Source: a virus
Strand: one strand, 5' to 3'
Virus record (IMG/VR): IMGVR_UViG_3300025652_000055
Span: 3,272-67,271 of that record
DNA length: 64,000 bases
The notes below the pieces were generated by a model that did not search any database, was not told where the DNA came from, and worked only from the letters and a program-made list of their open reading frames with translations. Below, piece after piece: positions 31,835 through 43,181 of this stretch. How positions within the stretch are numbered: position 1 is the first letter of the stretch; every line of letters begins with the position of its first letter. The position numbers and the translations under genes were made by a program.

Positions 31835-33007
31835 ATGGCAAATGAATCATTAATAAAAGGCGCTGCTTTTGCGCATGGTGGTCTTAAGACCGGTGGGTTT
31901 GTAAATCCACAAGCCGCTTATGTGCAGGGTATGAATACACCTATGTCTGAGATCGGTAGAAGAGCTTTACAAGAGGCCGCGTACAAAAGAAAACAAGACG
32001 AGGTTGAGCTAAAAAACTATGTTAACAAGCTAGAGGACATAGAGCTGGGTAAAGTTGAAGATTCAATGAGACCTGAAGTTACTCAGTTTTTAGTTGATAA
32101 TAAAAATGACTATGCCGAAGCAGCTAGATTAGCAGCTGATTTAGATGCTGATGATCCAAGATACATGGAGGCTGTTAGTGAGATGAATAAAATAAATTCT
32201 AAATTTAAAGCCTTAAGTAAAAATTTAGATCTTTTTAAAGAAAAAAGAACTCAGTTTTATGATGATGTAAAAAACAACACTATAAGTAAGGGAGCTAACA
32301 TAGATGCTTTAACATCTCTTTTTAAAAATAACGAATACGCTATAGAGATAGATGAGTATGGTAATTTATCTATTGACAATGAAGGAGATCTTGTACCTTT
32401 AACTGATTTTGATGAAGACACTGATTATAATTACTTTTTAACAAACAACGAAGGGTTTAACACTTTAATGACGCTTAATGAAAAAGCAAATACTGGCGCT
32501 ACAAAAATATCAGGAGGTTTAGAACAGAATTACAGATACCAATTAAACGGTTTGTTTAACACTATGGGTAGAGAGGATTTAATGTCTATGGTATACGACA
32601 CTGTTATTAGTAATGTTCCCTTAAAAGATCGTGAAGATTTTGACGCGGGTTTACTTAATATTGAGAGAGAAGGAGAGCTTAGAGAGTGGTTATCTAATAC
32701 TTATTTAGATACTTTTAAAACAGTAGCTGCGCAAGCTGCTAAACAAAAAGAAATAAAAAATAGACCTAAAGAAAGTATAGCTCAAAGAAGAGCTCGTCAA
32801 GCGGCAGAGCAAGCTATGAAAAGATACAAAGAAATAACTTCTTCACCTGTGGCTGGTGCTTCAGTTCAAGGAAGAGGTGGTAAGTCTATAGTTTTTATAG
32901 CTAACGATAAGGGTGTGGTAGAACCGCGCCCTGTTAGAAATGGATCTTTAGACCCAACGGTTGTTATATACGAAGATGCAGACGCACAAGATTGGTTAAC
33001 AAAATAA
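31835..33007 (+). CDS. putative ejection/internal virion protein
   Basis: Helical 390 aa, located between the small ejection gene and the giant gene. Confidence 0.5.
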   Translation: MANESLIKGAAFAHGGLKTGGFVNPQAAYVQGMNTPMSEIGRRALQEAAYKRKQDEVELKNYVNKLEDIELGKVEDSMRPEVTQFLVDNKNDYAEAARLAADLDADDPRYMEAVSEMNKINSKFKALSKNLDLFKEKRTQFYDDVKNNTISKGANIDALTSLFKNNEYAIEIDEYGNLSIDNEGDLVPLTDFDEDTDYNYFLTNNEGFNTLMTLNEKANTGATKISGGLEQNYRYQLNGLFNTMGREDLMSMVYDTVISNVPLKDREDFDAGLLNIEREGELREWLSNTYLDTFKTVAAQAAKQKEIKNRPKESIAQRRARQAAEQAMKRYKEITSSPVAGASVQGRGGKSIVFIANDKGVVEPRPVRNGSLDPTVVIYEDADAQDWLTK

Positions 33008-33023
33008 ATTAAATTAAAGTAAT

Positions 33024-36000
33024 ATGCCAGATTATATAGTAGGTGACAGAAAATACACGGAAGAAGAAGCAAACACTGCTGCTTCTGGTTTAGGTATGGA
33101 CATGAGCACTTGGAAACAAACTTTTAACGCCAAGGTTGTGGCGGGAAACCAATTAGATCCTGCAGAAAATGCGGAGGCGAATGCAGGGTCGGAAAACAAT
33201 CAAGCCTCAAACCAAGGAGAATCGGGTTCGTTTGGAAATCCTTCTTCATCGGTATCACTATTGAATAGAGATGAAATAAAAGAAGAAACACCAGAGTGGA
33301 TATCACAAATATACGAGGAAAATCCTTATGATCCATCTGCTCAAGATCAACAAGTTTTAATGGGTGGTGGATTTGAACATAATATAAATTTGCTAAAAAA
33401 AGAGCAGAAGAAATATACAATGTTTGATGTTAAATCTAGTGACATAGACGAAGAAATAAAAAGACTTGAGTTTGAACAAAACAACACAGGTGAAAGAAAT
33501 AGAACAAGAAGATCTAGAAATCATAGAGAAGTAAAGAATAAACTGTCTGAATATGATGATCAAATAACTAGAATATACAGTGACGAAAGTTTAAACATAG
33601 ATGAGCAAAAAACTTTAGAGCTTGCTGTAATAGAGGATAAAAATACTTATTTAAACTTCGGTATATCTAAGGCTGAAAAAAAAGATTACGAAGAAAACTT
33701 AAAGATTTTAGAGAATATATCTAAAACAACAGATAATGAGGCTAATAGTTCTGGCTTTCAGATACACTCTGATAATGAAGAAGAACAAATAGAGTTAACA
33801 CAACAAGTAGAAGACGAGATATTAAATACCGTAGGTAGTGACAGAAGAGCTAAGCAGAGATTAATTGGATCTGTTAGCGACGAAGCTATTACAGCTACTA
33901 TGGGTTTTGAGCAGAAAGAGCAGATAATAAACAATGCTAAAATGCAGGTTATTAGTAAAGCTTCTGATAAAGCTCAAAAAGATATGGCTCGTTTGCAAAA
34001 CGATCTTTATAAAGATTTTGATTCTGAAGATGATTTAACTCAAGCTGCTGTTGATGACTTTAATTTAAAAGCTAAAGAGATACAAGATACGTTTTATAAT
34101 CTAGCTGGTCAATATGATTTTGATTTAGCTACTAAAGCTTTCATGACTACAAACTTTGAAACAACAGCTGAGTTTCAAGAGTGGAGAGATAAGAAAATAG
34201 AAGACGGTGAGTTTGTGTCAAGTGCTGCTGATTTTGGCGCAACAATAACTCAAGGTTTGAGAGATTTTGGTACAGAGTACTTTTATGGAACAGCATCTAT
34301 GGTAAACAGGCTAGCGCTTTATGGTTTAACAAAAGCTGGTGTAGACACTCAAGGTATGTACGATAGGTTAAACTATATGGACGACTTAGTTGATAGTAGT
34401 TTTCTTAAAAACAATACATTTGGGACGTCTGATGTAGGAGGTTCTTTGTGGAAAGATGGTGTTAACGTTAGATCTAGTTTTAAAACTTTAGGTAACATGC
34501 TTCCTTTTACTTTAGCTTTAGCGGCTTCAGTTAAAAAAGGAGACTTACGTAAACTTAAAGACGTGTACAAGCTTTTTGGTAAAAACAAATCTGGATTAAA
34601 ATACGGTAACATTGGCTTAAACGTTCCTAAAATAAAAATAGGTGGTAAAACCTTATTAGAAGGTGGTAGAAAAACTATTGGTGGTATAAACATGAATACC
34701 ATTAGAATGGGCCAAACAGCTTACATGGGTACCATAAGAGATAATTATAATGAAGCTATAGACATGGGCTTGGATGAAGGTCAAGCTTTAGCATATAGTA
34801 ACATGGCATCTTTCGCAACATCCGTTGTTCAAGGTATAATGCCAGACGCTAACTTCTTTAATACAGCTGCGGGTAAAGGATTATTGAATACTTTCAAAGG
34901 TGATTTAAGTAAAGCAGCTAGTAAAAAAGCTATAAAAGAAGTAAGCAAACAATTTGCAAATAATCTTATAGGAGAGATTGGCGAAGAGGAAATGGAACTA
35001 CTTCTTACAGATATGGCTAAATTAACCGTTGGATTATCTAATCAAACAGGGTTTTTAGACGCACAGACTCAGTTCGAAACTTTAATGGGTACACTTATAC
35101 TTTCAGGCTCAACGTCTGTAGCAACATCTACTGTTGGTGGTGGTTACAGCAATGTTAAAAAACAAGTATACTTAGAAGCAAGAGCAAACATTACCGGCGT
35201 TATGGAAACGTTGAAAGCTAACAAAGAGTACAACCAAAATCTATACGACAGAGCTAAAGCTGCTGGTAAACAAGATTTAATGGATAGAGCTAAGCTAGAT
35301 CTTGATCAAGCTAATGCTGCTTTACAACATGGTAATGATATTAAAAACGCTATAAACTTAGGTGGAGAGTTTGTTACTGATAAAGAAATAGATTTATACA
35401 TACAAAAGCAAAAACTACTTGATGCTAAAAAGAATCTAGGAGCTAAAGCTACAGCAACTGTAGAGATGATGATTGATGGTGTTGCTACTACTTTTACTGG
35501 AGATTTACAAGGTATAAACGAAAAGATATCAGAAATAGATGGTGAAATTGCTGGTGGAAGGGTAACCCAAAACAAGGAAGAGATATCAAAGAAAACAACT
35601 GAAGCTTCTGAGAAAACAGCTAAAAAGCTGGGTATTGATATGAATACTTTTGAAGATGACGATGTTTCTGTTGAAGGTAGCAAAACCGCAGACCAAAAAG
35701 TTAAAGATAGAATAGACGAAATAAACGCTGGGTTACCTGAGAGAAACAAAGGTAAAAGCAAAGAAGAACAAGATCAAAAAGTAAACGTAAAAAGAGTAGG
35801 CGACAATGGTTTTGTAGTACAATATAAAGATGGTACTCAGGAAATAATAATAAACAAAACTAAGTCAGAAAAAAATAGTGAAACAACAGTTGCTCAGCAC
35901 GAGGTATTACATAGTGTTTTAAATGAAACACTAATGAAAAACCCTAAAGCAGCTCAAGCTATGGCTGGTGTTTTAAAAGAGCAAGTGGACAGTATGATAG

Positions 36001-39000
36001 CTAAAGGTTATGATCCTAGTTCATATTTGTCGGCTAAACTACAAGCTTACAAGAATAACTCAGCTGATGTTCAAGCAGAGGAATTACTTACTTTCTTTTC
36101 AGATGGTATGGCTCAAGGTTTCATAGGTTTTGAAGAAAACACGTTTACTAAAATAAAAGATGTTTTAAGACAAACGTTTCAAAATTTAGGTATAAAAGGT
36201 ATAGAGTTTAATACAGGTAGAGATGTTTATAACTTTCTAAAAGACTACAACAAGTCAATGGCTAGTGGTAAAGGTATTAAAGGTTCTATATTAGATGTAG
36301 CTAAAAAAGGTGCTAAAGGTAGTTTAGTTAACGGTATAGGATCTCAAACAGCTTTAGAAAGAAAGGTTAACAAATCTTTTGATACAAAAGCTAAAGGCTA
36401 TGGATCTGAAATAGTAAATTTTTATACACCATATATAAAGAAAGCGGTATTTGGTAATAACAAAAGTCTTTACGGTAATAAAGCTTTAGTTGGTCAAGTT
36501 AGAGAAGTTCAAGCTAAGATACTTGACATAGTTAAAAATCACAACAACTCTGATCCTATATCTCTTACAGATAAAATAGGTAGATTATTTGGACCTACTG
36601 GTACTAGTGAAAACACTAAAAGTTCTAAAGATTTATATAGTAGTACTGAAATGATCATGGGACTTGACGAGTCTATGACAGAAGATGATAGAATAGAACA
36701 CATGAGTAACATGTCTGAGTCTAATAAAACTAGACTAGGACAATTAGTTGGTTACGAGTATACTAATGAAGTAAAGAAGAGATTAAGAAAGTTTAGTAAG
36801 ATACCAGGGTTTAAAGCTGTTGAAGAAAGCATTTTAGCTGATATAACTTATGGTACTACAAAACAAGGTAAAAGCGGTAAAGAAGTAAAAGTACAAGGTA
36901 TTGTTGGTATAGTTGAAAGATACAGTGGAGCTATAGAGCTTAACAGATGGATCAATGGTCAGCTAGATAATAAAATACAAGGTATAGTAGAAAGCTACAA
37001 CTTAGGTAAAGAAGTTCAAGAGTTTAGTACAAAAAGTGCTAAAGGTCCAAGTATAAACAAAGGTAAATATACTAATATATTAAAGACAAACGCTGTACCT
37101 AGTTTTGCTAAAAGACAATTAAAGGAAAGTGTTATTAAAGTTGTTAGAGTTTTAAAAACATCTGTATTCAAAGCAACTTCTAAAAACGTAACAATAGCTC
37201 CTTGGATAAGAGAGTTTAAAAAAGAAGTAGGTAAACAGAACGATATAGTTTTTAAAAAAATAATGGGTGGTTTAGCTAATGATAAATTCTCTAAATACTT
37301 ATTAAAAAACAAAAAGGTTATATTAGAAAATATGACAACCACTTGGTTAGGTGGAGCAATACCAGCGGCTGTACAAAAGAAGGTTGATGGTAGATGGACA
37401 CCAGACTGGAAAGGTAAAAAAGTAGACTTTGAGTCTAGCGCAGAGACAGGTAGAACTTCTGGGTTAGAAATGGTAAAAAGAGATACTGATATATCTGATG
37501 AAAAGTTTTTATCTTACTTTGGCGAAGTTGTAGTTAAAGATGGTAAACCTACATTAAAATCTTTAACTAGAGGTAGAAAGGAGTCTTTAGCTAAAGCTAT
37601 GGCTGAAGAAACTGGTTTAGAACTTGTAGCAAATGATTCCGAGGTATTTAATGAACTAACCAGTAATCAAGATAGACTAGGTGTAGTATCAGCTTCTATA
37701 GACATACTTGATATAGGTAGAGATATAGAAAGAGGAAACGCTAAGTCAAACAAGTCACCAGAAGTAGTACAAGAGGCTTTGTTTAACATGATGAATGAAG
37801 CTATATTAAATGGTGGTAATTCAGATTCTTATTTGCTTTACAAGTCAGAGCAACCTAAAGATATACAGGCTTACGCTGAAGAGATTGGCTTAGGTACTTA
37901 TTTTGATGAAGGTAAAACTGGTTATAAAAAACCTTTACTAGAGTGGTCTGATATGCCAGTGCTGTTTGGGCCAGCAAAAGAAATATACAAAAGAACCATA
38001 ACAAACAAAACCAAAGATGAGTCAATGAAACAATTGGCTGATTTTTCAAACGCTTTGATAGACGTATTACCTCCAGATTTAGTTGATGCTGTTGGTAATG
38101 ATATGTTTGCTATAGTTTACGCATACCTAGATGGTGCAGAGAAAAAATCTGACGGTAAGCCAGGTAAGTATAATTATTTAGCTAAAAAAAGAAAAGCAAA
38201 AGCAGATCAAGAATCTGATATAGAGTTAACTTTTAACCCTGCAGACATAAGAATATTTAACTCTGCTAGTGGTGTTATGAAGCAAATAACAACTATACTT
38301 AAAAAAGATATAACAGCAGCTGAAAAGCAGGCTATGGTTGAAGAGAAATTTGGAGACATAATAGCTAAAGCTGAAATAGCGAACATAGAAGCTTTAAAGT
38401 ATATAATGGACAAAGCTACTGAGCTTATAGCTGAAGATCCTTCGCTAGCTCCTGGTTTTATGAGGTGGATGGAAACTTCAACAAACAACGTAAAAGCTCA
38501 AAGAGGTTTAACAAGGTTACCATTAATACAATATGTTGATGGATCAATGGAAGCAGATGAAACTCATGTGTTTTATGATCAAGCTAAGGAATTTGCTATA
38601 GAAAGATCTACAGCTATGTATGATAAGCTTCCAGCTAAAACTAAAAAGGAAGTAACACTACAGCAATTTATAGATGAAAGATTAGAAAAACATCCACCAG
38701 AAAAACATTTAAAGTTCAAGGGTGAGCATGTTGATCCAGCTGCAAACGTTATGCTTGACTTAGCTAAAGTTGCATTAAAAACAGCTGCTAAGATACATCA
38801 AATGGGTTTACTTAACAAGCCTAAGCAATTACGTGCTATAAATACTTTTGCTGGGTTAGAGATGGATAAAATACTACGTACTTATAGTCAAACACTTGGT
38901 TCAGAGTTATTTTCAGCTATTCAAGATAACTCACTAGGTACAACGTCTAAGCTTGGTGACTTTAGAGGACTAACAGTTGATCCTAATTCCTACAACACGT

Positions 39001-41969
39001 TCTTAACGTCGGAAGGCATACAAGCTGTAGAGTATATAAAAAGAGAAAACTTATCTATAGATTTTATAAATAAAATAATAAGTAGAGTAAATGTAGATAA
39101 TTATATAAATAATCAAAATAGGACTGACGCATTAAACAATGCCCTTGACCCTAATAAGAAGGTAAAAGGTATTTCTGTTTTTGATTTTGATGATACGTTG
39201 GCTCAGACCAAGTCTAATGTGCTATACACAATGCCTGACGGCACTAAGGGTAAAATAGATGCTACACAGTTCGCGGCTCAATCGGCTGACTTAGAAGCTC
39301 AGGGAGCTGTTTTTGATTTTAGCGAGTTTAGCCAAGTAATAGACGGTAAAAAAGGTCCTTTAGCTGATTTAGCTCTAAAACGTCAAGGCAAGTTTGGTAG
39401 TGGGGATATTTTTGTTTTAACCGCAAGACCTCAAGCCTCCGATATTGCTATTCAAAAGTTTTTAAAAGAAATAGGTTTAGATCTTAAAATAGCTAATATA
39501 ACAGGTTTAGCAGACGGCACGGCTCAAGCTAAGGCAGATTGGATAGTGGGTAAAGCGGCTGATGGTTACAATGACTTTTATTTTGCTGACGATGCTATTA
39601 AAAATGTCAAAGCAGTTAAAGAAGCACTTAGTGTTTTAGATGTTAAAGGTGATGTGCAACAAGCTATAGTAAAATCAAACAAAGGTAGAAGCCAAGAGTT
39701 TAACGAGATGCTAGAGGCTAGAACTGGTATTGATGCCGTAAAAACTTTCTCTAAAGCAAAAGGAGAAATGTTAGGTAGAGGTAAAGGTAGGTTTAGATAT
39801 TTTCTACCTCCATCAGCAGAAGACTTTATGGGTCTAATGTACAACTTTTTAGGTAAAGGTAAAAAGGGTGATGCAGATAAAAAGTGGATAGAAGATAACT
39901 TAATGAAGCCTTACTCAAGAGGTATTGCTAATATAGAAAGAGCTAAGCAAGCGGTACAAACTTCTTACAACGCTTTAAGATCAGAATTTAAAGATGTAAG
40001 AAAAAAACTAGGTAAGCAAATACCAGATTTAGGTTTTACTTACGATCAAGCTATTAGAGTATACTTGTACACTAAAGCAGGACATAAAATACCTGGATTA
40101 TCTAAAAGTGATCTAAAAGATTTATTAACTATAGTAAGCGGAGATCAAAGAGTTAAACTATTTGCAGACAGTGTTGGTTTAATATCTAATCAAAAAGAAG
40201 GTTACACTGCCCCAGGAGAATATTGGTTGACAGGTAGTATAGCTAGTGACTTAAATGATATAACACAAAAAGTAGGTAGAAAAGAGTTTATAAAAGAGTT
40301 TATAGATAATTCAAAAGAAATATTTAGTGAAGAAAACTTAAACAAGATTGAGGCTGCTTATGGTCAAAACTTTAGAGAATCACTAGAAGACATACTCTAT
40401 AGAATGGAGAATGGTACTAATAGGACTTTTGGTAAAAACAAGCTTGCAAACAAATGGAGTAATTGGTTAAACAACTCTGTTGGTGCTATAATGTTTTTTA
40501 ACATGAGATCTGCTTTGCTACAAACTCTGTCAACTGTAAACTTCGTTAACTGGACAGATAATAACCCTGCTAAGGCCGCGTTGGCGTTTGCAAACCAACC
40601 TCAATACTGGAGAGATTTTGCAACTATATTTAATTCAGATAAATTAAAACAAAGACGTAAAGGTTTAAAGACAGATGTAAATGAGGCTGAACTAGCTAAT
40701 GCAATGGCTGGTAGCAAGAACAAGGCACAAGCTGCTTTTCAATACTTATTAAAAATAGGTTTTACACCTACTCAAATAGCGGATAGTTTTGCTATAGCTT
40801 CAGGTGGCGCTACAATGTACAGAAATAGAATAAAAACATATTTAAAACAAGGCATGGATCAAAAACAGGCTGAAGATAAAGCTTGGGAAGATTTCTCTAT
40901 GTTAGCAGAAGAAACTCAACAGTCATCTGATCCGTCTTTAATATCCGCACAGCAAGCTGGTCCTTTAGGTAGGTTTGTTTTAGCTTTCCAAAATACACCT
41001 ATGCAGTACAATAGGCTTATTAAGAAAGCTGGTAGAGATTTAATAAATGGTAGAGGAGACTGGAAAACTAATGTTTCTAAGATAGCTTACTATGGAGCAA
41101 TACAAAACTTTATATTCTCTGCTATGCAGAAAGCTTTATTTAGTATGTTGTTTGAAGATGAAGAAGAACGATGTGAAGGTTTAGAAGGTAAGAAACTTGA
41201 GGCGTGTCAAAATAAAGAGTGGAAAGTAGATGTTGGTAATAGTATGGCAGACAGTATTCTTAGAGGTAGTGGACTTTATGGTGCTGTAGGAGCAACGCTT
41301 AAAAACGCTATAAGACAATTTAGAAAACAAGAAAATAAAGGATTTACAGCAGATCACACGTACACTATATTAGAATTGGCTAACTTATCCCCACCGTTGG
41401 GTTCTAAGCTAAGAAAAGTATATAGCGCTATACAAACCTATAGATTTGAGAAAGATGTTATAAAAGAAAGAGGATTAAATTTAGATAGCCCTACTTGGTC
41501 TGTAATAGGTAATCTAGTAAGTGGCGGTACAAATGTTCCTTTAGACAGGCTTGTTAAGAAGTTTAACAACATAAATGCAGCACTAGACGAGAGGAACGCT
41601 ATATGGAAAAGAGCTTTCTTTGCATTTGGATGGAATACATGGGATTTAAAAGCTGAGCCTAACGAAACACATGAGCAAATAAAATCAGACGCTAAAGCTA
41701 AAAGAAAAGAAGCTGGCAAGATAAAAGCTAAAGAAACTAGAGAGCAAAACAAAATAAAAGAAGCTCAACGTTTAGCAAACATGGACCCTATAGAAAGAGC
41801 TGAATACGAGGCTGAGAAAAAAAGAAAAAGATCTGAGTCTGCTAAAAAAGGTGCTGAAACAAGAAGAATAAATAAAAGAATAAAAGACTCTATAGCTAGG
41901 TCTTCGATTTTAGAAAGACAAGATAGATTATTAGAAGAGTACAGAAAGAAAAACAAAAAAAACAAATAA
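33024..41969 (+). CDS. giant multidomain virion (ejected) protein with zincin HEVLH, sigma-region-2-like segment and HAD domain
   Basis: 2981 aa; HEVLH at 35898-35912; HAD motifs VFDFDDTL, VLTAR and YFADD at about 39170-39600. Confidence 0.7.
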   Translation: MPDYIVGDRKYTEEEANTAASGLGMDMSTWKQTFNAKVVAGNQLDPAENAEANAGSENNQASNQGESGSFGNPSSSVSLLNRDEIKEETPEWISQIYEENPYDPSAQDQQVLMGGGFEHNINLLKKEQKKYTMFDVKSSDIDEEIKRLEFEQNNTGERNRTRRSRNHREVKNKLSEYDDQITRIYSDESLNIDEQKTLELAVIEDKNTYLNFGISKAEKKDYEENLKILENISKTTDNEANSSGFQIHSDNEEEQIELTQQVEDEILNTVGSDRRAKQRLIGSVSDEAITATMGFEQKEQIINNAKMQVISKASDKAQKDMARLQNDLYKDFDSEDDLTQAAVDDFNLKAKEIQDTFYNLAGQYDFDLATKAFMTTNFETTAEFQEWRDKKIEDGEFVSSAADFGATITQGLRDFGTEYFYGTASMVNRLALYGLTKAGVDTQGMYDRLNYMDDLVDSSFLKNNTFGTSDVGGSLWKDGVNVRSSFKTLGNMLPFTLALAASVKKGDLRKLKDVYKLFGKNKSGLKYGNIGLNVPKIKIGGKTLLEGGRKTIGGINMNTIRMGQTAYMGTIRDNYNEAIDMGLDEGQALAYSNMASFATSVVQGIMPDANFFNTAAGKGLLNTFKGDLSKAASKKAIKEVSKQFANNLIGEIGEEEMELLLTDMAKLTVGLSNQTGFLDAQTQFETLMGTLILSGSTSVATSTVGGGYSNVKKQVYLEARANITGVMETLKANKEYNQNLYDRAKAAGKQDLMDRAKLDLDQANAALQHGNDIKNAINLGGEFVTDKEIDLYIQKQKLLDAKKNLGAKATATVEMMIDGVATTFTGDLQGINEKISEIDGEIAGGRVTQNKEEISKKTTEASEKTAKKLGIDMNTFEDDDVSVEGSKTADQKVKDRIDEINAGLPERNKGKSKEEQDQKVNVKRVGDNGFVVQYKDGTQEIIINKTKSEKNSETTVAQHEVLHSVLNETLMKNPKAAQAMAGVLKEQVDSMIAKGYDPSSYLSAKLQAYKNNSADVQAEELLTFFSDGMAQGFIGFEENTFTKIKDVLRQTFQNLGIKGIEFNTGRDVYNFLKDYNKSMASGKGIKGSILDVAKKGAKGSLVNGIGSQTALERKVNKSFDTKAKGYGSEIVNFYTPYIKKAVFGNNKSLYGNKALVGQVREVQAKILDIVKNHNNSDPISLTDKIGRLFGPTGTSENTKSSKDLYSSTEMIMGLDESMTEDDRIEHMSNMSESNKTRLGQLVGYEYTNEVKKRLRKFSKIPGFKAVEESILADITYGTTKQGKSGKEVKVQGIVGIVERYSGAIELNRWINGQLDNKIQGIVESYNLGKEVQEFSTKSAKGPSINKGKYTNILKTNAVPSFAKRQLKESVIKVVRVLKTSVFKATSKNVTIAPWIREFKKEVGKQNDIVFKKIMGGLANDKFSKYLLKNKKVILENMTTTWLGGAIPAAVQKKVDGRWTPDWKGKKVDFESSAETGRTSGLEMVKRDTDISDEKFLSYFGEVVVKDGKPTLKSLTRGRKESLAKAMAEETGLELVANDSEVFNELTSNQDRLGVVSASIDILDIGRDIERGNAKSNKSPEVVQEALFNMMNEAILNGGNSDSYLLYKSEQPKDIQAYAEEIGLGTYFDEGKTGYKKPLLEWSDMPVLFGPAKEIYKRTITNKTKDESMKQLADFSNALIDVLPPDLVDAVGNDMFAIVYAYLDGAEKKSDGKPGKYNYLAKKRKAKADQESDIELTFNPADIRIFNSASGVMKQITTILKKDITAAEKQAMVEEKFGDIIAKAEIANIEALKYIMDKATELIAEDPSLAPGFMRWMETSTNNVKAQRGLTRLPLIQYVDGSMEADETHVFYDQAKEFAIERSTAMYDKLPAKTKKEVTLQQFIDERLEKHPPEKHLKFKGEHVDPAANVMLDLAKVALKTAAKIHQMGLLNKPKQLRAINTFAGLEMDKILRTYSQTLGSELFSAIQDNSLGTTSKLGDFRGLTVDPNSYNTFLTSEGIQAVEYIKRENLSIDFINKIISRVNVDNYINNQNRTDALNNALDPNKKVKGISVFDFDDTLAQTKSNVLYTMPDGTKGKIDATQFAAQSADLEAQGAVFDFSEFSQVIDGKKGPLADLALKRQGKFGSGDIFVLTARPQASDIAIQKFLKEIGLDLKIANITGLADGTAQAKADWIVGKAADGYNDFYFADDAIKNVKAVKEALSVLDVKGDVQQAIVKSNKGRSQEFNEMLEARTGIDAVKTFSKAKGEMLGRGKGRFRYFLPPSAEDFMGLMYNFLGKGKKGDADKKWIEDNLMKPYSRGIANIERAKQAVQTSYNALRSEFKDVRKKLGKQIPDLGFTYDQAIRVYLYTKAGHKIPGLSKSDLKDLLTIVSGDQRVKLFADSVGLISNQKEGYTAPGEYWLTGSIASDLNDITQKVGRKEFIKEFIDNSKEIFSEENLNKIEAAYGQNFRESLEDILYRMENGTNRTFGKNKLANKWSNWLNNSVGAIMFFNMRSALLQTLSTVNFVNWTDNNPAKAALAFANQPQYWRDFATIFNSDKLKQRRKGLKTDVNEAELANAMAGSKNKAQAAFQYLLKIGFTPTQIADSFAIASGGATMYRNRIKTYLKQGMDQKQAEDKAWEDFSMLAEETQQSSDPSLISAQQAGPLGRFVLAFQNTPMQYNRLIKKAGRDLINGRGDWKTNVSKIAYYGAIQNFIFSAMQKALFSMLFEDEEERCEGLEGKKLEACQNKEWKVDVGNSMADSILRGSGLYGAVGATLKNAIRQFRKQENKGFTADHTYTILELANLSPPLGSKLRKVYSAIQTYRFEKDVIKERGLNLDSPTWSVIGNLVSGGTNVPLDRLVKKFNNINAALDERNAIWKRAFFAFGWNTWDLKAEPNETHEQIKSDAKAKRKEAGKIKAKETREQNKIKEAQRLANMDPIERAEYEAEKKRKRSESAKKGAETRRINKRIKDSIARSSILERQDRLLEEYRKKNKKNK

Positions 41970-41976
41970 GGTAAAA

Positions 41977-43179
41977 ATGAAAAACATCCTAATTACTATT
42001 TTAACACTACTGACGTTAACAGTTAACGGACAAGAAAAAGAAAAAGGTAAATTTTTTAAAAACTTTTTTAACGATTTTTTAAAGTACGGAACAATATATG
42101 GAGCTGGAGATGTTTCTAACTCTATAGAAGCATCTGAACCAACTTATTTTGTGCGAACAAATCCTGACGGTGGCTTGTATGACATACCTGTTGTTGTCGA
42201 CAATACACCTGATTATCCTTTTGATTATAGATTAGGTTTTGGAATTAGAAAACTAGCAAGGTTTGATTATGAAAGAAAACCTAGAAACTATTATGACGGA
42301 ACAGAGCAACAATTAGCTTTTACAGCACCTACATCAGCTCTGCAAGGTTTAGAATATCAAGTGCATTTTGAAAAAGAACGCTGGAGAGGTGAGTTGTTTA
42401 AGAATCATAGAGTTTTTGTAAAGCACACTGGTAAGTATCATATAATAAAAGCAGAATCAAGAGAGGTTGGTAAAATAAATTTAAAATACAAATCAGCTGA
42501 ACTAAGAGCTAGATTACCTATAGGTAAAAAACTTAGTATATCTGCTGGAGCAATATACCGTACTCATGATAGACCTTACGGATATAACCCTATTGAAATA
42601 TGGTTGAATGAAACTCAAATGGTAGATGGTCAAGAGCTTCCAGTAAACTATTGGTACGAATTAGGTTTTTTATATGGCTATGATGATATATACTATAATG
42701 AGCAGGACGAGCTAGGTAACTCAACTTCTGATTGGTATTGGATAGATCCAGATGGAAACAGAGTTGCAGATACAGATCTTGAGTTTAGAGAAACAGTGTT
42801 TACAGAGTTAATGAATCGGTACAATGGTGAGCAGTGGGATTTGTTAGATGCTTTTGGTGAGGTTGCACCTGTTGTCGGTTTTGATTTTTATCATTATAAA
42901 AGAAGCTTTTGGCTTCACGCTTATGCCAACTACATACTACCTTATCATCGTTATATACAAGGAGATGAAGCTGTTAGTTATTTAAATAGAAACAACTGGG
43001 GTAAAGGTGGATTAATGCAAGATTCAGAACTTGAACAGTGGGAGGATTACTCTGCTGGATTAAATTTAGGTTGGAAAATTAGTAAAAACCTTGGCGTGTT
43101 TGCTGAGGGTGAATATAGTAAAATGTGGGATAGTGAATTATTCATAACCACTTTTGGTTTAAACTTTACATTTAGATAA
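41977..43179 (+). CDS. putative outer-membrane beta-barrel protein
   Basis: Signal peptide, aromatic alternating strands, C-terminal FGLNFTFR. Confidence 0.6.
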   Translation: MKNILITILTLLTLTVNGQEKEKGKFFKNFFNDFLKYGTIYGAGDVSNSIEASEPTYFVRTNPDGGLYDIPVVVDNTPDYPFDYRLGFGIRKLARFDYERKPRNYYDGTEQQLAFTAPTSALQGLEYQVHFEKERWRGELFKNHRVFVKHTGKYHIIKAESREVGKINLKYKSAELRARLPIGKKLSISAGAIYRTHDRPYGYNPIEIWLNETQMVDGQELPVNYWYELGFLYGYDDIYYNEQDELGNSTSDWYWIDPDGNRVADTDLEFRETVFTELMNRYNGEQWDLLDAFGEVAPVVGFDFYHYKRSFWLHAYANYILPYHRYIQGDEAVSYLNRNNWGKGGLMQDSELEQWEDYSAGLNLGWKISKNLGVFAEGEYSKMWDSELFITTFGLNFTFR

Positions 43180-43181
43180 AT

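Noticed and set aside
33024-41969. Giant protein as a crAss-like virion RNA polymerase
   Set aside because: No DxDxD (DFDID/DFDGD) motif was seen; DFDDT belongs to a HAD motif set
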